Below are positions 1 to 7,864 of a stretch of 64,000 nt of DNA, in pieces. The translations under genes were made by a program, and so were the position numbers. Within the stretch, counting starts at the first letter, position 1, and every line of letters starts with the position of its first letter. The DNA comes from Bacteroides sp. Lineage in GTDB: Bacteria > Bacteroidota > Bacteroidia > Bacteroidales > GCA-2748055. The notes beneath the pieces are model-generated. The model had not been told where the DNA came from. It did no database searches and saw only the letters and a list, made by a program, of their open reading frames with translations. The stretch lies in assembly GCA_011056635.1 (NCBI GenBank), contig DSEO01000153.1, positions 7,563-71,562 on the forward strand. The letters are read 5' to 3'.

Positions 1-611
1 TGTCAGATTTTCCAACCCGGCCGTTCGGAACAGGCACGGTCAGGGAGATCATGGGTTTCATCGGGGAACCTGTGATCGCCCTGCTGATAGGAGTTCTCCT
101 CGCTTTCACGCTTCCCAGGAAGCTGGACAAAGAAATGCTGTCATCATCGGGATGGGTGGGGAAAGCGCTTCAGAATGCAGCCATTATCATCCTGATCACC
201 GGCGCCGGCGGAGCCTTCGGTATGGTGCTCAGGAATTCCGAGATAGCCACAGTGCTGGGAGAAACCCTTTCCGATGCAAGGATCGGGATCTTCCTCCCGT
301 TCCTGATTGCAGCGGGCATTAAAAGTGCACAGGGATCCTCCACCGTGGCGCTGATCACGGCAGCTTCGCTCATTGCCCCCATGATGGACCCGCTGGGATT
401 CAATACGGATACGGCCAGGGCCCTGGTGGTGCTGGCCATCGGTGCCGGATCGCTGGTGGTTTCCCATGCCAATGACAGTTTTTTCTGGATCTTTACGCAG
501 ATGACGGGAATGGCAGTGAAGACCGGGTACAGGATCCATACAGTGGGCACCCTGATCCTCGGGATTTCTGCAGCGCTGGTCATCTGGGTCCTGGGTTTAT
601 TCCTGCTGTAG
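1..611 (+). CDS. GntP-family (gluconate:H+ symporter-like) permease, C-terminal part; 5' end outside window
   Basis: The frame stays open from nt 3 to the TAG at 609-611. The translation is almost all hydrophobic helices with a GntP-type C-terminal pattern (ITGAGGAFG...AAGIKSAQGSSTVALITAASL...SHANDSFFW). Confidence 0.75.
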   Translation, partial: SDFPTRPFGTGTVREIMGFIGEPVIALLIGVLLAFTLPRKLDKEMLSSSGWVGKALQNAAIIILITGAGGAFGMVLRNSEIATVLGETLSDARIGIFLPFLIAAGIKSAQGSSTVALITAASLIAPMMDPLGFNTDTARALVVLAIGAGSLVVSHANDSFFWIFTQMTGMAVKTGYRIHTVGTLILGISAALVIWVLGLFLL

Positions 612-654
612 GCATATTGACTTATTGGTAAGAATCCATTAAATTTACTTAATC

Positions 655-1518
655 ATGGAAAAAATGAAGACCATCTGGGCGCTGATCAATGAACCGGGCA
701 ATGCCATGGAATTTATCAGGTATACGGTCCGGCTGGCAAAAGATATTCATGCAGGTGTGCAACTGCTGTATGTCCAGAATCCTGCCGCTTTTCCCCTGGG
801 TACACCCGATTCCATCGGGGATGAGGTGGTGGAGGTGCAGCAAAACCTGCTTGAGATCGCCGGGGCAGCAGAAAAGACCCTGGATAAGATGATCCGTGAA
901 ATAGAAGCAGAGATACCCCTGGATAATCCTGTGGAATTTCATTCCGAACTGGGGAATGCCGCTTCTGTGCTGGAAGATAAAGTTTCAAAGGGAGCGGCGG
1001 ACATGGTGATGCTTCAGGGGCAGTCGGACGAGTCCTTCTGGGCGCGAACCTCCACCAATATGGATATAATCCGTAATGTACACTGTCCCATCTGGGTTGT
1101 GGCACCCCATACGGAATACAGGCCGCTGAAACAGATCATTTATGCAACCGATTACCAGGAAGAGGATATCCCCACCCTCAAAAGGCTGGTTGCCCTGACC
1201 GCACCATTTTCCCCCGAAATCACCGCTCTGCACATCGTGGATGATAAAGATTTTAAAGACAAGGTACAGGAAACAGGATTCGATGAGATCATCCGGCAGA
1301 AAACCGGATCGGACAAGATCGTGATGAAGACGATTCAAGAGAAGAAAGACCTGGATATGCCCGACATCATCAACGATCTGGCTGCCAGAATCGATGCTGA
1401 CCTGGTAGTGGTGCTGAAAGAAAACAGGCATTTCCTGGAAAGGATTTTCAAGAGAAGCTTTACCAGGAAATTAATCAGGCAGGCAAAACTCTCCGTACTG
1501 GTCTTTCATGAAAAATAA
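655..1518 (+). CDS. Universal stress protein family, tandem USP domains
   Basis: 287 aa made of two ~140-aa halves. Each half ends in the USP pattern (ADMVMLQGQS...NVHCPIWVV and ADLVVVLKEN...AKLSVLVF). No signal peptide. Confidence 0.65.
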   Translation: MEKMKTIWALINEPGNAMEFIRYTVRLAKDIHAGVQLLYVQNPAAFPLGTPDSIGDEVVEVQQNLLEIAGAAEKTLDKMIREIEAEIPLDNPVEFHSELGNAASVLEDKVSKGAADMVMLQGQSDESFWARTSTNMDIIRNVHCPIWVVAPHTEYRPLKQIIYATDYQEEDIPTLKRLVALTAPFSPEITALHIVDDKDFKDKVQETGFDEIIRQKTGSDKIVMKTIQEKKDLDMPDIINDLAARIDADLVVVLKENRHFLERIFKRSFTRKLIRQAKLSVLVFHEK

Positions 1519-1538
1519 TACCAAACAAAAAAACCATT

Positions 1539-1844
1539 ATGAGCTTAAAAAAAACGTATTCGGAAAAAAAACCGTCATGCAGGGTGACCTTTAAAGTGTC
1601 CAAAGCAGACGCCGGCTATGCCAGCCGGGTGAATCTGGCAGGTGATTTCAATGACTGGGACAGGGAAAGCATTCCGATGAAAATGCTGAAGAATGGTGAT
1701 TTTTCTGTTTCCCTGGACCTGGAAAAGGGGAAGGAATACGAATTCAGATATCTTATTGACGGTTCCACCTGGATCAACGATAATGAAGCGGATACATACG
1801 TGCTGAATGAATTTCACAGTGAGAATTCAGTCGTGGCGGTTTAA
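1539..1844 (+). CDS. Stand-alone CBM48 / AMPK-beta-type glycogen-binding domain protein
   Basis: 101 aa with VTFKV...VNLAGDFNDWD...MKMLKNGDFSVSLDLEKGKEYEFRYLIDGSTWIND, the E-set/CBM48 signature. No signal peptide and no catalytic domain. Confidence 0.7.
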   Translation: MSLKKTYSEKKPSCRVTFKVSKADAGYASRVNLAGDFNDWDRESIPMKMLKNGDFSVSLDLEKGKEYEFRYLIDGSTWINDNEADTYVLNEFHSENSVVAV

Positions 1845-1990
1845 ATGATATGACACCAAAATACTGCGGCACTGCGAACAATGAACCTGTTTCTTCCGGG
1901 CTTGTTGTCCCTCACCCTGGCAGGCTGTAAATACCCAGAATAGGCTGAACACTATTTTACCGGAACGAAAGCCCGGCTGGCAGGGGAACT

Positions 1991-3781
1991 TTACGCTTGT
2001 TTCATTACCAGCGCGATAATCGTATGCCCTGCTTTGGGCAAAATCTCATCCTCTGAGGTAAAGGGTACCAGGTGTTTATTCTGGTTGATGAGGAATAGCG
2101 GGATCATCGATTGCCCTTGCCGGGCCCTGAAATCCTGAAAGCTGAATTCTCCGGTCAGCCGGGTGGACTTCACCACGGCCCCCTCGGAAAACTTCCGTGA
2201 GAGAGCGGTAAAGGTGATATCCTTGCCGAAAAGGAACCTGCCCCGCAGGTGCTGGGGGGAGAACTCCCGCTCATCCTCCTTGATATCCGGGCGAAGCTGA
2301 TACAGATTCTCGTTGTCAAAGATTTCTGAAAACCGCAGTACACCCATCGCATTCACCTCATCATTCGAGGTGAGGGCCAGCAATTTGCCGATCCCCTCCA
2401 GGTTCAGTCTGTCGATCGCCTTCTCCGAAATAATACTTTCCTGGAAAGCCTGAATCCCCATCATTTTGGCCTGATTGACATGATACCTGTTGGTATCCAC
2501 CACCACCACCCTGAAGTCCTTCTCCTGCAAGACAAGGGCAATCTCCAGGGCCCACTTATGAGCCCCTGCAATGATCACCCCCCTGGGATCAGACTGCGAA
2601 ACTTTCAATACCCTGGCAAGGGGGGGGGAAGCAAACCCGTAAATGATCACTGTGCCGATGATCACCATGAAAGTAATGGGTACCAGGTATTCTATCTGAG
2701 GGAGCCCTCTTTCTGCAAGCTTCAGGGCAAAAACCGAAGATACGGCTGCAGCCACGATCCCCCGCGGCGCCACCGCGGAAATGAAAAATCTTTCGCGAAG
2801 CGTTAATTTGGATTGAATTGTGGAGATGAAAACCGACAGCGGGCGACCGATGAATACCAGGATCAACAGGAAAACGATCCCTGAATAGCTCATCAGCTGC
2901 ATATCGCTTTTTGACAGGCGGGCGGACAGAAGAATAAACAATACGGGAATCATCAGTACAGTCAGGTTCTCTTTGAAATCCTTGATCTTCTTTACCGGGA
3001 CGAATTTCTGATTGGCCATCACGATTCCCATGACCGTGGCCGAGAAAAGTCCCGATTCTTCCTGAATTTGATTCGAGATCAGGAACACTGCCACCACAAA
3101 GCTCAGGGTGGCAAACTCCTGGAGCATGTCCGGTATCAGATATTTTTTGATGAGCCAGGTGAGCAGCAAGGCAAATGCTCCCCCGATGATGGTGCCGAGT
3201 ATGATGGTCCGCAGTACGCTTAATATCACCACGGTGGCTGCCTGCTGGATCCCGCTGACCAGGATCACCTCAAAAACCAGGATGGCGAGCAACGCACCGA
3301 TGGGATCGATCAGGATGCCTTCCCACTTGAGTATACTGCCGACGGCTTGCCTGGGTCTGATACTTCGCAGGATGGGACCGATCACAGTGGGACCGGTGAC
3401 CGTCAGCACAGCTCCCAGCAAAACCGCCACCTGCATGTTCAGGCCGAAAATGAAGTGGGATGCCAGCGCTACCACTGCCCAGGTAATGATCACCCCCACC
3501 GATATCAATAAAATGACAACTTTCCCGATCTTCCTGAATTCGTCGAGTTTCAGGGTGAGTCCCCCGTCAAAAAGTATAATGGCCACCGATATGGAAACAA
3601 AAGGGATCAGCACGTCACCCAGCATCTCGTCCGGATCCAGGTAACCCAGGACCGGTCCGGCCACAATGCCGAAAAGCAGCAACAACAAGATGGAAGGGAT
3701 CCGCAGCCGCCAGGAGATCCATTGTGCGGCGAATCCGAGCAGGACGATGATCCCGAGACTGATTAAGACCTGTTCCGACAT
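1991..3781 (-). CDS. Cation:proton antiporter (CPA1/NhaP-type) with C-terminal RCK/TrkA-like domain
   Basis: 596 aa. The N-terminal ~400 aa form about 11-12 hydrophobic helices typical of Na+/H+ exchangers. The C-terminal part is a soluble Rossmann-like segment (GVIIAGAHKWALEIALVLQEKDFRVVVVD). Confidence 0.8.
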   Translation of the reverse strand: MSEQVLISLGIIVLLGFAAQWISWRLRIPSILLLLLFGIVAGPVLGYLDPDEMLGDVLIPFVSISVAIILFDGGLTLKLDEFRKIGKVVILLISVGVIITWAVVALASHFIFGLNMQVAVLLGAVLTVTGPTVIGPILRSIRPRQAVGSILKWEGILIDPIGALLAILVFEVILVSGIQQAATVVILSVLRTIILGTIIGGAFALLLTWLIKKYLIPDMLQEFATLSFVVAVFLISNQIQEESGLFSATVMGIVMANQKFVPVKKIKDFKENLTVLMIPVLFILLSARLSKSDMQLMSYSGIVFLLILVFIGRPLSVFISTIQSKLTLRERFFISAVAPRGIVAAAVSSVFALKLAERGLPQIEYLVPITFMVIIGTVIIYGFASPPLARVLKVSQSDPRGVIIAGAHKWALEIALVLQEKDFRVVVVDTNRYHVNQAKMMGIQAFQESIISEKAIDRLNLEGIGKLLALTSNDEVNAMGVLRFSEIFDNENLYQLRPDIKEDEREFSPQHLRGRFLFGKDITFTALSRKFSEGAVVKSTRLTGEFSFQDFRARQGQSMIPLFLINQNKHLVPFTSEDEILPKAGHTIIALVMKQA

Positions 3782-3847
3782 GATCCAGTACTTACGTCCA
3801 TACCTTCCATTTTTTTCTTATTTTTATATACCTGAAAAGTAAGAATA

Positions 3848-4864
3848 ATGCAAAGAAATATCAAACCCGCCGCAGCGATCATGCTTCTCATGATCCTCTT
3901 CTCCCTGTCCGCTTTCTCCCGGTTTCCCGGAACTACCGAATGGATCCTGACAGACGGGAACCGTTTTGTGAATGAGTCCGGCGAAACAGTCATTTTCCGG
4001 GGCGTCAATATCCGCGATCCCCACAACCTGGAAAGCGAGGGGCACTGGACCAGGGCGCATTTCGAAGAAGCAAGCAGGTGGGGAGCGAATGTGATCAGGC
4101 TTCCGGTGCATCCTGGTGCCTGGCGGGCCAGGGGCGCCGAAGCTTATCTTCAACTGGTGGACCAGGCGGTCCGGTGGGCACGCGAGCTCGGGCTTTACCT
4201 GATCATTGACTGGCATTCCATCGGGAACCTGAAAGAAGAAAAATTCCAGCATAGCATGTACGTGACCACATTCGGGGAAACGAAGGAGTTCTGGGATATC
4301 GTTTCCGGTCGCTATGCCGGGGAACCGGTTGTCGCCATGTATGAGCTGTTCAATGAACCGACCGTATCGGGAGAGCGGTTCGGGGAGATGACCTGGGCAG
4401 AATGGAAGGCGATGAATGAGGAAATGATCCGCATCATCAGGGAGAACCATCCCCGGTCGGTCATCCTGGTTGCGGGATTCGACTGGGCCTATGACCTCAC
4501 CCCGGTAAAGGAGGATCCCATCGATAAGCAGGGCATTGCTTATGTGAGTCACCCTTACCCCCAGAAACGCAGCGCACCGTGGGAGGACAAATGGGAGCAT
4601 GACTGGGGTTTTGTGGCGGACACCCACCCGGTGATCCTGACGGAGATCGGTTTTGCCCTCCCGGAAGAAAAAGGAGTGCATATGCCGGTCCAGGGAGACG
4701 AAACCTACGGGAAAGCCCTGGTGGATTATGCCTCGGACAGGGGCATCTCCTGGGTGGTATGGTGCTTCGACCCCGAATGGTCCCCTTACATGTTCACCGA
4801 CTGGGATTATACCCCCACCCGGCAGGGCGCATTTTTCAAGAAAGTGATGACAGGCGTGGAATAG
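3848..4864 (+). CDS. Glycoside hydrolase family 5 (cellulase-type), secreted
   Basis: Has a signal peptide. GH5 landmarks are present: VIRLPV, IIDWH, acid/base ELFNEP and nucleophile region VILTEIGF. Starts at an ATG with an intact frame. Confidence 0.8.
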   Translation: MQRNIKPAAAIMLLMILFSLSAFSRFPGTTEWILTDGNRFVNESGETVIFRGVNIRDPHNLESEGHWTRAHFEEASRWGANVIRLPVHPGAWRARGAEAYLQLVDQAVRWARELGLYLIIDWHSIGNLKEEKFQHSMYVTTFGETKEFWDIVSGRYAGEPVVAMYELFNEPTVSGERFGEMTWAEWKAMNEEMIRIIRENHPRSVILVAGFDWAYDLTPVKEDPIDKQGIAYVSHPYPQKRSAPWEDKWEHDWGFVADTHPVILTEIGFALPEEKGVHMPVQGDETYGKALVDYASDRGISWVVWCFDPEWSPYMFTDWDYTPTRQGAFFKKVMTGVE

Positions 4865-4872
4865 CGCCGCAA

Positions 4873-5739
4873 TTAGAGCGACTTCCTCAGCTTTTCCAGT
4901 CCTTCCAGGTTTCGTTCCAGCACATCGCGGATGTCTTCCCCTTCCGTGTGGCCGATGATCCCCACGGGCCCCCTGTAACCGGATTCCCTGACGATCCGCA
5001 TCATCTCCAGCTCCCGGTCACCCGCTCCCAGTGTGATGATCTTGGGCCCCTCCGCGCTCATTCCGTTGATGTTCACGGCCGAAAGGTACGGCAGCATCAG
5101 CGGGAAGAGCTGTCCGAACCGGTCCATGTGGTGATGGCCGTGGTGGAAGTTATAGACCATCTTTAACTTTCCGGAACCGATCGCCCCGATGATCCGCAAC
5201 TGGTTGACCGGTTCTCCGAACCAGTCCCCGTGGTTATACAGCGACACAGTGCAACCGATTGCATCAGCCCTGCGGAGAACCTCTCCGACCAGATGGACGG
5301 CGGTCCGGATGTTATCCGCATCGGAACCATCGAAAACCCATGCAGGGAAACTTAGCCAGAGTTCTGTTTCCGTTCCCGTCCTTTCCAGGATCTTCAGCAC
5401 GGTTTCGTTTGCGCTGTTCAGCAGGGTATCTCCAGCGGGCTCCACCCAGAGCCAGACCGCCTGCAATCTGATCCCGTGTTCCTTCAGCGTCCGGATCTCC
5501 TCCTCGAATGAGGCCAGGTGCCTGTCCCGGTAGTCGTATGCCAGTCTGGAAATGCCCAGTTCGTTCAGCATTTGCGCCCGCTGCTCCGGGGTCCTTTCCC
5601 TGGCATCGAAAGGCACGATGCACCACGCCACCAGGTTCTCCCTGTCCAACAGATCCTTATCCAATGGTTTCCCGGCGGACCGGCAGCCGGATACAGCGAT
5701 CATCATCATTGCAGTCAGCAAAATCATGACTTGTTTCAT
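4873..5739 (-). CDS. Xylose-isomerase-like TIM-barrel protein (sugar phosphate isomerase/epimerase family), lipoprotein
   Basis: The likely start is MKQVMILLTAMMMIAVSGC (lipobox), at the cat at 5737-5739; the ORF track begins 12 codons further upstream. The body has the AP-endonuclease-2/XI-like TIM pattern (LAYDYR...LWLSFP...VSLYNHGDWF...NFHHGHHH). Confidence 0.65.
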   Translation of the reverse strand: MKQVMILLTAMMMIAVSGCRSAGKPLDKDLLDRENLVAWCIVPFDARERTPEQRAQMLNELGISRLAYDYRDRHLASFEEEIRTLKEHGIRLQAVWLWVEPAGDTLLNSANETVLKILERTGTETELWLSFPAWVFDGSDADNIRTAVHLVGEVLRRADAIGCTVSLYNHGDWFGEPVNQLRIIGAIGSGKLKMVYNFHHGHHHMDRFGQLFPLMLPYLSAVNINGMSAEGPKIITLGAGDRELEMMRIVRESGYRGPVGIIGHTEGEDIRDVLERNLEGLEKLRKSL

Positions 5740-5810
5740 GATTCTATCAGTCATCTTAAGAATAAATGGGTCCATGCTTTGCCGTGTTGGTTCCGTGGCA
5801 GCCGGTTGCG

Positions 5811-6944
5811 TTACCGGTCATCCGCATAATACCTTCCCAGCCGGCCGATGATGACCTTTCTCACCGCAAGGGGGTCAATGATCCCGGCATGCCTGTAGAT
5901 CACCTCCCCGCCCGGGGCCACCAGCATGGTATAGGGGAGGTTCCCCTGCCACTCCGGGTCGATGAGCTCGATAAGCCCGTACCGGTCATCCGACCTGTAC
6001 ATGTAATTGTCAAATGCGGCATATTTTTCTTCCAAAAATGAACGCACTTTGTCCGCAAGGGAAGGATCATCCGTGGTGACGGTGAGCACCTCGAAATCCC
6101 GCTGACCGTACATGCGCTGAAGCATGACCAGTTCCGGGAATTCAATGATGCAGGGTCCGCACCAGGTAGCCCAGACATTGATCAGCCGCAGCTTGTTACC
6201 TGGGTTTCTGACCAGATCCTTCAATTCCTCCTCCCCGATCAGTTTCAACTCCACGGGCTTTTCTTTCCACTGCGCATCCAGCCTTTTGCGCCACTCCGCC
6301 TTGGAAGCCCACTTCATGGAACATCCGAAGGCTTTGGTGGTTTCCACGGGCACCGGCTTTCCGGCCAGCAGGGCATCGATGGCGTTCCGCGCATCCTGGC
6401 TTGCCGGCGTTTCATAAGGGTTTTCCATGTCATCGATCCGTCCCCTGTAGCGGAGCAGCCTTTCCTCATCGAAAATGAACACATGGGGTGTGGCGGTGGG
6501 GCCGTATGCCAGTGCCACCGCCTGGTCATCTCCGTCATACAGGTAAGGAAAATTGAATTCCAGGTCGGATGCCCGGACCTTCATTTCTTCAAAGCTGTCC
6601 CCCAGGTCCGAATAGCCCAGTTCCTCCGGGCAAACCGCTTCCGGATGGTTGGAGGAAATTGCCGCCACCTGCACCTGATCCGGCGGGTAGTCGAGACTCA
6701 TCTGTTTGATCCTTTCCTCGTAGGCCTGGGCGGTGGGACAATGATTGGCTGTAAAAATGACAGCCAGGACTTTCGCCTCCCGGAAACTTTCCAGGGAGTA
6801 CGTTCTGCCGTCAACTCCCTGAAGCTCGAAGCCCGGAGCTTCTTCTCCTATTTCCAGGATCCGCGGATCCTGGGCATCACTGAAAGCAACGGCAACCAGG
6901 AGCCCCAGGGCTCCCACGATCGTTCTCTTATTGAAAAATGCCAT
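5811..6944 (-). CDS. Two-domain secreted redoxin (PRX-like1 domain with NHCP motif + TlpA-like thioredoxin domain with WCGPC)
   Basis: The signal peptide MAFFNKRTIVGALGLLVAVAFSDAQ sets the start at 6944. The first domain reads VIFTANHCPTAQAY and the second reads NVWATWCGPC. Confidence 0.7.
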   Translation of the reverse strand: MAFFNKRTIVGALGLLVAVAFSDAQDPRILEIGEEAPGFELQGVDGRTYSLESFREAKVLAVIFTANHCPTAQAYEERIKQMSLDYPPDQVQVAAISSNHPEAVCPEELGYSDLGDSFEEMKVRASDLEFNFPYLYDGDDQAVALAYGPTATPHVFIFDEERLLRYRGRIDDMENPYETPASQDARNAIDALLAGKPVPVETTKAFGCSMKWASKAEWRKRLDAQWKEKPVELKLIGEEELKDLVRNPGNKLRLINVWATWCGPCIIEFPELVMLQRMYGQRDFEVLTVTTDDPSLADKVRSFLEEKYAAFDNYMYRSDDRYGLIELIDPEWQGNLPYTMLVAPGGEVIYRHAGIIDPLAVRKVIIGRLGRYYADDR

Positions 6945-7014
6945 ATATTTCTTTTTTATATGTAAACCTGCCAACTGTCTGCTTCAGTATGAACGACCCG
7001 GCGCCTGAATCTGT

Positions 7015-7842
7015 TCATTCCACGGTCTGATCAAACGGGATTCCCAGCTTTTCATAGAGACTTCTGCGGCCCGCCTTATCCCCTTCCAGTACCTTTTGTG
7101 CATATTCGGCCACCTCCACGGCAACTTTGCGGGGGACCACGATCACCCCGTCCCCGTCAGCCACCACCACATCCCCGGGGCATACCAGCACACCCCCGAT
7201 GGATACGGGCCGGTTCACCGACTCCAGTTCATTCCTGCCGGGACGGATCCCCCTTCCCTTTTCACGGAGGTAGAGGGGGACTTTTTCCAGTGCCACTTCG
7301 TCGGTGTCACGGGATGAAGCATCGGTCACCACCCCCACGGCGCCGCGGTCCTTCCATCCCAGAATGTTGTTGGAACCAATGGAGCCGATGTCTTTCTCTT
7401 CCACATCGTCGATCACGATCACCACCCCCTGATGAATGAGCGGGACAAAAGCCTCCGAGGAATAATTCCCGTAAAAATCTCCCTCCCACTGACGGAAATC
7501 CGCACCCGGAACGGGACGGTCGGACCGCTGGGTGGGCACATAGCGGACCGTCAGGGCGATCCCGCGGAAGATGTGGGAAAGATCCTCATAATCCACCCAT
7601 GAGGGATGGATGGCCGGATCCACCAGGCCTGTGTTGGGAAGTCCGGCCATGTCCATTCCGTCAGATACATCGGCCACCCTCAGTCCTTCGTAAAGCTCCA
7701 GCAGTGCGAGGTCCTCCGCCTCGGTGTACCAGGTGCTTTCAATGAAATTGTACCCGAACATCATTTCCGAAACTTCCGCCTGCTGTGCCTGGCAATGGAG
7801 GCCTGCAGCCGCGACGATCATTGTGATAATTTTTGTCTTCAT
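7015..7842 (-). CDS. RraA-family protein (HMG/oxaloacetate aldolase-decarboxylase fold) with N-terminal signal peptide
   Basis: Starts MKTKIITMIVAAAGLHCQAQQ. The RraA core motifs are GSNNILGWKDRGAVGVVTDASSRDTDE and VCPGDVVVADGDGVIVVP. Confidence 0.65.
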   Translation of the reverse strand: MKTKIITMIVAAAGLHCQAQQAEVSEMMFGYNFIESTWYTEAEDLALLELYEGLRVADVSDGMDMAGLPNTGLVDPAIHPSWVDYEDLSHIFRGIALTVRYVPTQRSDRPVPGADFRQWEGDFYGNYSSEAFVPLIHQGVVIVIDDVEEKDIGSIGSNNILGWKDRGAVGVVTDASSRDTDEVALEKVPLYLREKGRGIRPGRNELESVNRPVSIGGVLVCPGDVVVADGDGVIVVPRKVAVEVAEYAQKVLEGDKAGRRSLYEKLGIPFDQTVE

Positions 7843-7864
7843 TGGTTGTGGATTAAATACATAA

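Noticed and set aside
1896-1976. 8-nt inverted repeat CCGGGCTT / AAGCCCGG, plus a direct CTGGCAGG repeat, between the convergent CBM48 and antiporter genes.
   Set aside because: The arms are separated by a 65-nt loop and there is no U-tract. The evidence is too weak to call a terminator or an element.
3817-3843. Imperfect palindrome CTTATTTTT ... AAAAGTAAG in the antiporter/GH5 divergent promoter region.
   Set aside because: The arms are short, AT-rich and carry a mismatch. Such matches are expected by chance in AT-rich promoter DNA, and no second copy occurs elsewhere in the window.
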